Shown here: positions 54,530-62,222 of the stretch, piece after piece
Layout of the letters: each line of letters starts with the position of its first letter
How positions within the stretch are numbered: position 1 is the stretch's first letter
Virus record (IMG/VR): IMGVR_UViG_3300042516_003753
Span: 1-62,222 of that record
Length of the DNA: 62,222 nt
Origin: a virus
Taxonomy: Duplodnaviria > Caudoviricetes
Reading direction: 5' to 3' (one strand)
Translations under genes and position numbers: made by a program
The notes under the pieces: generated by a model
Database searches by the model: none
The model's input: the letters and a program-made list of their open reading frames with translations, nothing else
What the model was told of the DNA's origin: nothing

Positions 54530-57030
54530 CAGAAAAAAAATGATTCAAGGTTTGCAGTTTTTTCTTCTTTCCATCCAATAATATTCAGAATTGTTTTGAG
54601 TGGATCCAAGAATGCTTTTTCAAATTGTAGTTCATAGTCAATATATTTGTCAAGACCAAGTTCGGTAGGAAACTGCTGAATAAAAGAAATTACATTTTCC
54701 TGAATAGTGTTTGGTTTCTTCAAAAATAAAAACTTTACCTTTTCACCATTATTAATTAGCGAATATTTATTAGTAAGATTTTTCTGCTTTATATAATGAT
54801 TAAACAATAATGCACCACGAACTTGAATTGGAGTTTTAGGAGCGTAGATACTAGAAGATGAATAATATTTCCGAACATCAGAAGCAGTTCTGGGAAACGC
54901 AATCTGTTCTGGAGGAAGAGATTTAAACTCTTCACGACATTTATCAATAAAATGAATCATGTCATCTTCAGTTCCACTCATTAAGATATTAAAAGATTCT
55001 TTCAACATCTTACGACAAGGTGCAGGTGTAGAAGATTTGATTGCTTCAATCCCTTTGATCTTCAGTTTAGATTCTTCATAACGAACACCTTCACTATCCC
55101 ATACACTTAAAATGTATCGCTTCTTTGCAGTCCAGATACCACGTTCCGCAATACACTCACGCTTCATGATCATCTTCTGTTCATAAGCATTCACATACTC
55201 TGCCAATTCTTGGTAAGAACTTTCAATATATTTTTCAAATTCCACCTTACAGACCTTATCAAGGAACGAAACAACGCCTTGAGTAGTTTTCTCTCTTCCT
55301 TTGAATACAGTTTCCACCAGAGGACCCATATTAACGTAAAGAGAATCGGTATCTGAAGCAATAACATAATCTACATCTCCACTTTTAAGAATCTTGTTCA
55401 AGTAAGAATTTACTTTATTCATAATCCAGTTAATTGAAACTTGACCAGATAAAGTAATTGCTTCAGCATTTGCGAGTTTAAAGTAACGAAAATACTGATT
55501 ACCGATGGCACCATAAGCAGAGTTCAATTGAATCTTACGTGCCATCTGGATGTTGTTGCAACGAGCAATCTCTTTAACCAATTCTTTGTTCTTGGTCTTT
55601 TCATATTCTTGCTCTGCCGCAAGCATTTTCTTCTTAAAGATCACACGTTCATTATAAATCTTCTCCATCAACTCTGGAAGAAATCCACGAATATCTTTAC
55701 GATACATCGCTCCGTTTGCACAAACCGCATAATCCTTATACATCTCAAAGTTAATAGTCTGATTTAAAATTTTATCTACATTAACTGTTGGATGCTTCTC
55801 TTCAACAAGTGTTTCTGGAGAGATGTTGTACTGCATGATCAGGTGAGGATACAGCGAGTTAAGGTCAAAACTCACAACCCAATCATACATTCCTGGAATA
55901 GGTTCTTTTACATAAGCACCCTCATACTTGGAATCTTTATCAGAACGCTCTTTAGGAGGAATAACGATATTCCTTTTCTTCAGATAGTTATAGATGATTG
56001 TATCCCACATGCGAACTTGAGAAAATACATCCTCATAGTTTGCCTTGGCATCGTATGCCATAGTAAGAGCAAGTTCAATCAGTTTCATCTTGTCTTCCAA
56101 ACGGTCAACAAGTTCCACGTCCTTGATGTTGTACTCTACAAACTTCTGCCAACCTTTAGTGTAGAAGTCTTTAAACGTATCAAACTCGGAGTGATCCAGT
56201 TTCTTTTGCTTGAGTTCAACTTCGGCAATATAATCCAAGCGATAGGATTCCTGTGCTTTATAAGTAAATTTCTTATAAAGATCAAGATAGTCTAACTGCG
56301 AGATTCCACCAATATCATAACAAAGGTGCTTACGTCCAGAGATATAAGTTTCATCTTCAGTAACAAGACCCCATGGCGACAACCGCTTCATGAGTTTTTC
56401 ACCAAGAACCCTATCAATTCTACGAACAAGATATGGAATATCATACAGTTTGCTATTCCACCCAGTTACAACTTCAGGAGTATTTGATTCAATCATCCAC
56501 CAATTAATAAAATCATTTAAGAGATCATATTCATTAGAAAAAGAACGATAATCAACATTCTTCTGTTTGTTTTGAAAAGGACCTTTTCCCCAAGTACGAA
56601 TTTGCTTTGAAGAATAATCCTGAATAGTAATCAAAAGAACTTCCTCTGCAGCAGATTCTACATCGGGGAATCCATTTTCAGAAGCAACCTCAATATCAAT
56701 AGTGGTTACTTTAATCTTACTAATGTCAAACTTCAGTTCCTCTTCTGGATAAATGTCAGAAATATACTGATAGATGTATTGTGTATTTCCGAAGATTTTA
56801 AAGTTTTCTACATTCTCATATTTTTTAACGAACTCCCTACAGTCACGTACAGATCCAGGTTGAACTGATTCTACATATTCTCCAGTTAATGTTTGGTATT
56901 TAGTTTTTTTATTCGCAGGGACAAAAAGAGTCGGGTTGAACTTCTCACGGGTCATAAAATGTTTACCATCTTCATAACCACGGACCAAGAAGTGATCCCC
57001 GACCATTTGAACGTTAGTGTAAAATCGCAT
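54529..57030 (-). CDS. Family B DNA polymerase (gp43)
   Basis: DIEV exonuclease motif, SFDLNSLYP, KIQLNSAYG and SDTDS; no intein. Confidence 0.98.
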   Translation of the reverse strand: MRFYTNVQMVGDHFLVRGYEDGKHFMTREKFNPTLFVPANKKTKYQTLTGEYVESVQPGSVRDCREFVKKYENVENFKIFGNTQYIYQYISDIYPEEELKFDISKIKVTTIDIEVASENGFPDVESAAEEVLLITIQDYSSKQIRTWGKGPFQNKQKNVDYRSFSNEYDLLNDFINWWMIESNTPEVVTGWNSKLYDIPYLVRRIDRVLGEKLMKRLSPWGLVTEDETYISGRKHLCYDIGGISQLDYLDLYKKFTYKAQESYRLDYIAEVELKQKKLDHSEFDTFKDFYTKGWQKFVEYNIKDVELVDRLEDKMKLIELALTMAYDAKANYEDVFSQVRMWDTIIYNYLKKRNIVIPPKERSDKDSKYEGAYVKEPIPGMYDWVVSFDLNSLYPHLIMQYNISPETLVEEKHPTVNVDKILNQTINFEMYKDYAVCANGAMYRKDIRGFLPELMEKIYNERVIFKKKMLAAEQEYEKTKNKELVKEIARCNNIQMARKIQLNSAYGAIGNQYFRYFKLANAEAITLSGQVSINWIMNKVNSYLNKILKSGDVDYVIASDTDSLYVNMGPLVETVFKGREKTTQGVVSFLDKVCKVEFEKYIESSYQELAEYVNAYEQKMIMKRECIAERGIWTAKKRYILSVWDSEGVRYEESKLKIKGIEAIKSSTPAPCRKMLKESFNILMSGTEDDMIHFIDKCREEFKSLPPEQIAFPRTASDVRKYYSSSSIYAPKTPIQVRGALLFNHYIKQKNLTNKYSLINNGEKVKFLFLKKPNTIQENVISFIQQFPTELGLDKYIDYELQFEKAFLDPLKTILNIIGWKEEKTANLESFFF

Positions 57031-57757
57031 CATTTACCTCAGTATACCGAAATTCTAACTCAAATTTTTTATTTTTATTTGTAATTATAACTGGTTGATT
57101 ACCAGTAAATTCCTCATAAGCATTCAAAAACATTCGAAAATAATGCCAGTGATTCTTTGGAACATATTGTGGCGATAAACACAAAAACACATGATCAAAA
57201 TTATAATCTTGAAATGTTATTTCATGCCGTTCTATATCATAGAATTTTGGAATATATTTTAAAATTATATTAGATTTTCCTCTATGTGAACTATCTGGAT
57301 TTGTTATCCACACACAAGATTTTAGTTTTCCTTTACTGGCCAACCATCCTATCCAATTTCCTTCATTGACATAATTACATTTTTTGATATTTTCATATTC
57401 ATAATCCATTGATTTTTCATTGCTTCCAAATAAATCAAATGAGTTATTCATGAAAACATCATCATGATGGTCAACATTAATCAATTCAATATTACTATAA
57501 TCGGAAATAGAATGTAAAATATCATCATGTTCATATCCAAATGAAAACGATTTAGAATTTTTTAATGATTTTAGAAAAATATCAAAACAAAATAATAAAG
57601 CAGATTGATCAATATAAAAATGGCTTTCAGAAAAATCACTAAATTCAAATATTTTTTTCCACCTAACAGATGGATTTTCGTCATGAAACAATGAATTATA
57701 TAATAACAATGATGATCCCATTATATAATCAAGATCAATGCTCAATACTTTCATCAA
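57014..57757 (-). CDS. Arginase/UPF0489-like fold hypothetical protein
   Basis: SIDLDY, HDD, NVDHHDD and CLSPQY motifs. Confidence 0.6.
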   Translation of the reverse strand: MMKVLSIDLDYIMGSSLLLYNSLFHDENPSVRWKKIFEFSDFSESHFYIDQSALLFCFDIFLKSLKNSKSFSFGYEHDDILHSISDYSNIELINVDHHDDVFMNNSFDLFGSNEKSMDYEYENIKKCNYVNEGNWIGWLASKGKLKSCVWITNPDSSHRGKSNIILKYIPKFYDIERHEITFQDYNFDHVFLCLSPQYVPKNHWHYFRMFLNAYEEFTGNQPVIITNKNKKFELEFRYTEVNDAILH

Positions 57758-58026
57758 TTATTCTCCAAAAAATCTAAATAAGATTTCAAAACATTAATTT
57801 TAACATCCATAATTGTAATGATATTTTCAGATTGTATCATAAATGTTTTTTGATCGCTAATACTATTCATCCAAAATTTAAAACTTAATTCTTGCCCCTG
57901 ATCATTGATTTCGCATGGATTAATTAGTTTACAATTAGGTTCCCCGAGTTCAGAATCCATTTCTATAATTTGAGATATTAAGATAACGTTATTTCTTAAT
58001 AATAGAGATTTAATTGGTGCTTCCAT
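57754..58026 (-). CDS. Hypothetical protein
   Basis: GEPNCKLINP. Confidence 0.7.
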   Translation of the reverse strand: MEAPIKSLLLRNNVILISQIIEMDSELGEPNCKLINPCEINDQGQELSFKFWMNSISDQKTFMIQSENIITIMDVKINVLKSYLDFLENN

Positions 58027-58330
58027 TTGTCTGCTCAGCGTACATTTTTTCTAAAGTTTCTATTGGATTCACTACAGTAACAACCCAATCAATTGGAATA
58101 AGAACATCTTCATCATTCGTCAAAATTATCCATGGGGACAATGATACTTTGACAGAAGGTTTTTCGGAATCTTTACTAGATTCCATCAAAAACATGCTGT
58201 TATCATAAGATATTATTTGTGGTTTATTAAGCAAATACCCATAAGTTTTTTGGGTATCTGGAATTACAAGTTCTTTTACTTCAGATACTAAATTTTCTCC
58301 AGATTTCAATATCAATAATTTGATTGACAT
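58010..58330 (-). CDS. Hypothetical protein (Sm-like)
   Basis: LKSGE..SEV..LSPW..IP.DWVVT. Confidence 0.7.
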   Translation of the reverse strand: MSIKLLILKSGENLVSEVKELVIPDTQKTYGYLLNKPQIISYDNSMFLMESSKDSEKPSVKVSLSPWIILTNDEDVLIPIDWVVTVVNPIETLEKMYAEQTNGSTN

Positions 58331-58353
58331 AAATTACTACATGCTCTCCTGCC

Positions 58354-58404
58354 ATTATAGCAATAAAAAAGAGGGGAGTCAACTGGATTTTGCCAGTCTC
58401 CCCT
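58354..58404 (-). terminator. Terminator with embedded promoter
   Basis: GAGGGGAG/CTCCCCTC stem; TTGACT-17-TATAAT. Confidence 0.65.
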
Positions 58405-58428
58405 CGCGCCGACGATATTCAAAAGTAT

Positions 58429-58863
58429 TTATAGATAATCTTTGCGCTTGTGATGATCAGGAACAATTCTACCAAGAGTCACAGTTAAAAGCCCATCCTC
58501 AAAATCAACTGATCGTACTTCCGTATCATCAGAGAGTGTCCACGCTCTCTTAAAACTCCGTTGAGCCAAACCTTTGTGGATATAGTTGGACTCCGTTTCT
58601 TTGTCTTCTTTTTGGCCCTCCACAAAGAGTTTGCCGTCTTGCGTGTAGACATAAACTTCTTTTTTCTTAAATCCAGCAAGTGCAAGCTCTAGTCGAGATT
58701 CTACGTTACTAACTTGAACTAGATTGTAAGGAGGGTAATTGGTGGTAGTTTCATGAAGATGAAAAATACGATCAAAATACTCATCCATTCCAATACTATA
58801 CTTGTTGATCCTTTCCATCAGAGCAGGAAGATCTGCAGCAGTATACCTTGTAAGGTTAGTCAT
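58429..58863 (-). CDS. hsp20: Small heat shock protein
   Basis: NYPPYN, ELALAGF and FEDGLL motifs. Confidence 0.95.
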   Translation of the reverse strand: MTNLTRYTAADLPALMERINKYSIGMDEYFDRIFHLHETTTNYPPYNLVQVSNVESRLELALAGFKKKEVYVYTQDGKLFVEGQKEDKETESNYIHKGLAQRSFKRAWTLSDDTEVRSVDFEDGLLTVTLGRIVPDHHKRKDYL

Positions 58864-58941
58864 TATGGTAGCTCCTTTTTAAAGCGAGTTTGTGTTGTGT
58901 GGACCCTTTCGGCATCCGTATATAATTATAACACTTCCAAT

Positions 58942-58966
58942 AAAAAAGCGGGTCGTAAAACCCGCA
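58942..58966 (-). terminator. Intrinsic terminator after regA
   Basis: GCGGGT/ACCCGC stem plus T-run. Confidence 0.7.
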
Positions 58967-58971
58967 CTTTA

Positions 58972-59412
58972 TTATTCGGCGTCTTCTACCTTTTTCTTTT
59001 TAGACCCAATATTGTACTTGGTTTCTAAGATCCATTCTCCCTTATCTTTGTAAGAAAGAACTTTAATTTGATTAAGGGGTGCAATATCTTGAATTTTTTC
59101 AAGATCAACAATCGTAATTAGACCCCAATCCGCAAGAAGTTGGGCAATACGATTGCGGCGCTGAACATCATTCACAGTCAGGTTAGCGTGTTTACCGTCC
59201 AAAGCAAACAGTTCCTTAAAGTGAACGAGATAATATCTACCTTGCTTGTGCAAAATATGGCAAGACTGATAGATTTTCTTTTCCTTTCTTGAAGCGACTC
59301 CGATACGAGTCAAAGTTTCACGCACTTTCAAAAAGTCATCTGGTTCATTTAGAACCACTTCAACCATTTGACTTGGCGTCCACTTCACTTCAGGTTCTTG
59401 AACGACACTCAT
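58972..59412 (-). CDS. regA: Translational repressor RegA
   Basis: DDFLKVRETLTRIG..YQSCHILHKQG.YY.VHFKE. Confidence 0.96.
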   Translation of the reverse strand: MSVVQEPEVKWTPSQMVEVVLNEPDDFLKVRETLTRIGVASRKEKKIYQSCHILHKQGRYYLVHFKELFALDGKHANLTVNDVQRRNRIAQLLADWGLITIVDLEKIQDIAPLNQIKVLSYKDKGEWILETKYNIGSKKKKVEDAE

Positions 59413-59789
59413 TTTGATCCTCCAGTTTCAAATTTTGATTTAATAAAAGTAAGTTGTTCTTTTGTAAGAATCCTCAAAGCTTGTTTTGCCTTTTCATTAC
59501 TATAACCATAGTAACGTTTAACATAATCAAGGTCTTTGATTTTATCTTGACGGAGCCAGGGAGAAAATCTCTTCTTTTTCCTCAGACTATTTATAAAAAA
59601 GTCATATTGCATCTTTTTTGGAAGAAAATGGCACATATTCATTTCATTCGCAAACATAATGCAATCAATATGCCCAGAAAAACAACGATTGATAATATAA
59701 GGTGCATATTCCTTCTCAAGCGAAGGATCTTCATCAATTAGATGTTTCTTCGTCTGATTGATTGAGTTTAACCAGTCCTTCAATTCCAT
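59409..59789 (-). CDS. Clamp loader small subunit (gp62)
   Basis: PYIINRC..D..FANEMN and YYGYS.EKA motifs. Confidence 0.9.
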   Translation of the reverse strand: MELKDWLNSINQTKKHLIDEDPSLEKEYAPYIINRCFSGHIDCIMFANEMNMCHFLPKKMQYDFFINSLRKKKRFSPWLRQDKIKDLDYVKRYYGYSNEKAKQALRILTKEQLTFIKSKFETGGSK

Positions 59790-60606
59790 AATTAAAAAGC
59801 AGAAGTTCTTTACGTTGTTTTTGCTCACGCATGTATTCACCAACAGAACGCATTGTGTAAGTTAGATCAAATTCTGCAGCGTTCCAATTCTTAAAACGAT
59901 CCTTTACAAGTTGATCAGAATTATAACTTACCAATTGATCCATCTTATTAGAATCACAATCAGCAGCAAACTTATCGTGATCAAATCCTTTGTGCATTGA
60001 TCCCTTGTTCCCATAGAGATTATCCTTAATATCATAAGGAGGGTCCAGATACATAAAAGCACCCATGTTTCCATCCATCAGATAGTCGTATGAGTAATTA
60101 GTTATACGCCACTTTGAAATTAGCGAAGAATACTCAGGCAGTTTCTCAATTCCCCGCAAACTGAAATTGGAATTAGATGCTTGTTCTGAAAATGATGAAC
60201 TCTCTGTGAGACCACTGAAACTGCACTTATTGATAATATAGAAAGCCACAGCACGATCAATGCTTGGCAAATCTTTGTCATTAACTTGCTCCTTTGCTTC
60301 AAGAAAAAGTTCTTTCGCCAGGACTGGAGTATTATTTGTCGTCTTAAGATCTACAAGTTTATCTTTAAGATCAGTGCCAAACATCTGGAGTTGTTGCCAG
60401 AAGTTTACAAGAGGTTCATAAAGATCATTTACCCAAATATCTAGGTTGGGATATTTTTTAGTGATATAAATCGCAACACTTCCACCACCAAGGAATGGTT
60501 CGCGGAACTCGTCATAGTTACGAAGATCTGGAAAATAAGGTCCCATTTTTTCACAGGCACGGGACTTTCCGCCTGGATACCTAAGGGGTGTTTTTAACGA
60601 TTTCAT
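59734..60606 (-). CDS. dam: DNA adenine methyltransferase (Dam-like)
   Basis: RYPGGKS, EPFLGGGS and YLDPPY motifs. Confidence 0.92.
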   Translation of the reverse strand: MKSLKTPLRYPGGKSRACEKMGPYFPDLRNYDEFREPFLGGGSVAIYITKKYPNLDIWVNDLYEPLVNFWQQLQMFGTDLKDKLVDLKTTNNTPVLAKELFLEAKEQVNDKDLPSIDRAVAFYIINKCSFSGLTESSSFSEQASNSNFSLRGIEKLPEYSSLISKWRITNYSYDYLMDGNMGAFMYLDPPYDIKDNLYGNKGSMHKGFDHDKFAADCDSNKMDQLVSYNSDQLVKDRFKNWNAAEFDLTYTMRSVGEYMREQKQRKELLLFNYGIEGLVKLNQSDEETSN

Positions 60607-61120
60607 GAGGAACGCTCCGTATAAAATTCATAATAAATTCATCTTTTTCTCCAAAATAGTTCCTATTCCATACAGGACCACCATAAAGAAAAAAATGTTC
60701 GTGTTTTGGATCACAAGAAGCAGTAATGTCATTACTGTTAGACTTCTTAAAATTATACAACATTGATCCAGGAACACAACAAGCTTTCAACTTATCTGGA
60801 TCACTAAAGATATAATAATCGGCAGGTACAAAATCAGTCTTCCCACTCCCTCTTGCATTCTTTACAACGACACCCCTAACTGCCATTTCATTTTTATTTT
60901 TGAAAGTTACCTTTTTACTTTCATATGTTTTACCATTTAAATCAATCAAATCTTTACCTGTTTGATTAATTCTTTTTAATTTACCACCACTATATTCTTC
61001 ATATGCAAATTCAATCATCCTACCAACATCAAAATATTGAGTTGGATCAGTATTTCCAGACAGGCTGGAAAAAAAGAAGGACAATCGCATTAAATCAATT
61101 GTTTTAATAAAATCAATCAT
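60581..61120 (-). CDS. Putative PD-(D/E)XK nuclease
   Basis: GRMIE...KDLID..GKTYESKK (E...D...ExK). Confidence 0.5.
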   Translation of the reverse strand: MIDFIKTIDLMRLSFFFSSLSGNTDPTQYFDVGRMIEFAYEEYSGGKLKRINQTGKDLIDLNGKTYESKKVTFKNKNEMAVRGVVVKNARGSGKTDFVPADYYIFSDPDKLKACCVPGSMLYNFKKSNSNDITASCDPKHEHFFLYGGPVWNRNYFGEKDEFIMNFIRSVPHEIVKNTP

Positions 61121-61322
61121 TACAATAATCAGGTTTGTTGTACTTCAGGTATTCAAGAAAGGTCATTTTCATTTCTTTCTGCGTCATGCCACAGTGTTTG
61201 GCAGCAGCAGGAAGAGTCATTTTAGCACGAAACAACGCTTCGTTTGCTTCCTTTACGTTTTCTGGGGTGGTTTTTATTGGCGATTCATAAAGATTTGCCT
61301 TGTTAATTTTATAAGGATTCAT
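61113..61322 (-). CDS. Hypothetical protein (HTH-like)
   Basis: LPAAAKHCGMTQKEMK. Confidence 0.7.
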   Translation of the reverse strand: MNPYKINKANLYESPIKTTPENVKEANEALFRAKMTLPAAAKHCGMTQKEMKMTFLEYLKYNKPDYCND

Positions 61323-61513
61323 TCTATTCCCTCAACCAATTCAATTTCTTCAAATTGATCAGAGGATACTTCATGTATTCCACCAAAAAGATACCAATGT
61401 TTCCCATCATCACGAAGACCAAGATATTTCATTTGTTCTTCATCAAAAGTGTTTTCTCGCATAAGTGCTTGAAGTTGATAATGCATCAAGTCAGATTTAC
61501 TTGGAACTTTCAT
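61319..61513 (-). CDS. Hypothetical protein
   Basis: ORF coupled to the gp44 stop. Confidence 0.65.
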   Translation of the reverse strand: MKVPSKSDLMHYQLQALMRENTFDEEQMKYLGLRDDGKHWYLFGGIHEVSSDQFEEIELVEGIE

Positions 61514-62222
61514 TTGAATTCACACTCCACCATAATTTCAGTTAATGCTGCTAGGAGGTTAATTTCCTGATCAGCCACGAACGCACATTGGTATTGATAC
61601 TTAGCAATAACAAGAACGGCAGCAGGGATAGACTGGGGCGAAAGGCAATCATAACAGGCGTCATACACCCTGCGGAGTAAACTAGAAGCATCGTTGTCCA
61701 AGTTGGAGACCACCCACTTGCGGACTTCTGAAAAGTTTTTGTCTTTGAGATTCTTAATGAGTTCATTTACAGAAATATCGGAGAAAGATGCAAGAATGCC
61801 AGAATCAATTTTTCCTCCAGTAGAGTACCTCTGGCATTCATTAAGAACCCTACGAAAATCAGGAAAGTGTTTAGCAACTAGTTCAACAACAACCTTTTCA
61901 TCATACTCAATTTTCTCCTGATCCAAGATTTGGAGAACTCTTTTGAAGAAACTTCCCGCAAGTTGCTGCTTTTGCTTTCCTTTGATGCTGAAGTCGATGA
62001 CTGCACATCGAGAGTGAAGAGGTTCAATAATTTTGTTTTTGTAGTTGCAGGTGAAGATGAATCGGCAGTTGTTATAAAATGCCTCAATATTCGCCCGTAG
62101 TAGGAGTTGTACGTCGTTGCCTGTGTTATCCGCCTCATCGATGATGATGACTTTGTGTTTAGAAGATCCCGTAAGTGAGACGGTCGAAGCGAAGTTCTTT
62201 GCTTGGTTCCGTACAGTATCCA
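61510..62222 (-). CDS. Clamp loader large subunit (gp44), 5' end outside the window
   Basis: Frame open to the window edge; IIDEAD, HSRC, FPDFRR and ADQEINL motifs. Confidence 0.95.
   Translation of the reverse strand, partial: DTVRNQAKNFASTVSLTGSSKHKVIIIDEADNTGNDVQLLLRANIEAFYNNCRFIFTCNYKNKIIEPLHSRCAVIDFSIKGKQKQQLAGSFFKRVLQILDQEKIEYDEKVVVELVAKHFPDFRRVLNECQRYSTGGKIDSGILASFSDISVNELIKNLKDKNFSEVRKWVVSNLDNDASSLLRRVYDACYDCLSPQSIPAAVLVIAKYQYQCAFVADQEINLLAALTEIMVECEFK

Noticed and set aside
61510-62222. Apparent truncation or frameshift of gp44 (track shows 138 aa)
   Set aside because: Manual translation shows the frame open to the window edge; the true start lies outside the window.

Overview
This window comes from a T4-like cyanomyophage (Kyanoviridae-like, probably freshwater), and nearly all genes lie on the minus strand. 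From left to right it contains: (1) a photosynthesis/redox block (psbD 5' end, thioredoxin, psbA with a PhotoRC-II-like leader, peroxiredoxin, two hli, petF); (2) a ~16.6 kb glycosylation island (GT25, GT6, two GT11, heptose enzymes, gmd/fcl plus a ColD-type dehydratase, methyltransferases, a halogenase); (3) gnd, dps and a cyanobacterial porin; (4) a large tRNA cluster (24 canonical tRNAs in the whole window, 19 amino acids, no Cys); (5) oxygenases, lysis/envelope genes and a four-gene plus-strand exported-protein operon; (6) the T4 replication core (nrdB, nrdA, gp61, mazG, gp41, uvsX, gp43, hsp20, regA, gp62, dam, partial gp44). The most unusual signals are RNA-level. The tRNA operons are interleaved with several non-tRNA structured RNAs, including two tRNA mimics and pseudoknots. 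A repeated hairpin-TGGT RNA module is split by two small ORFs in a cassette-like layout. All calls were made by eye from motifs and base pairing; no database searches or folding programs were run.
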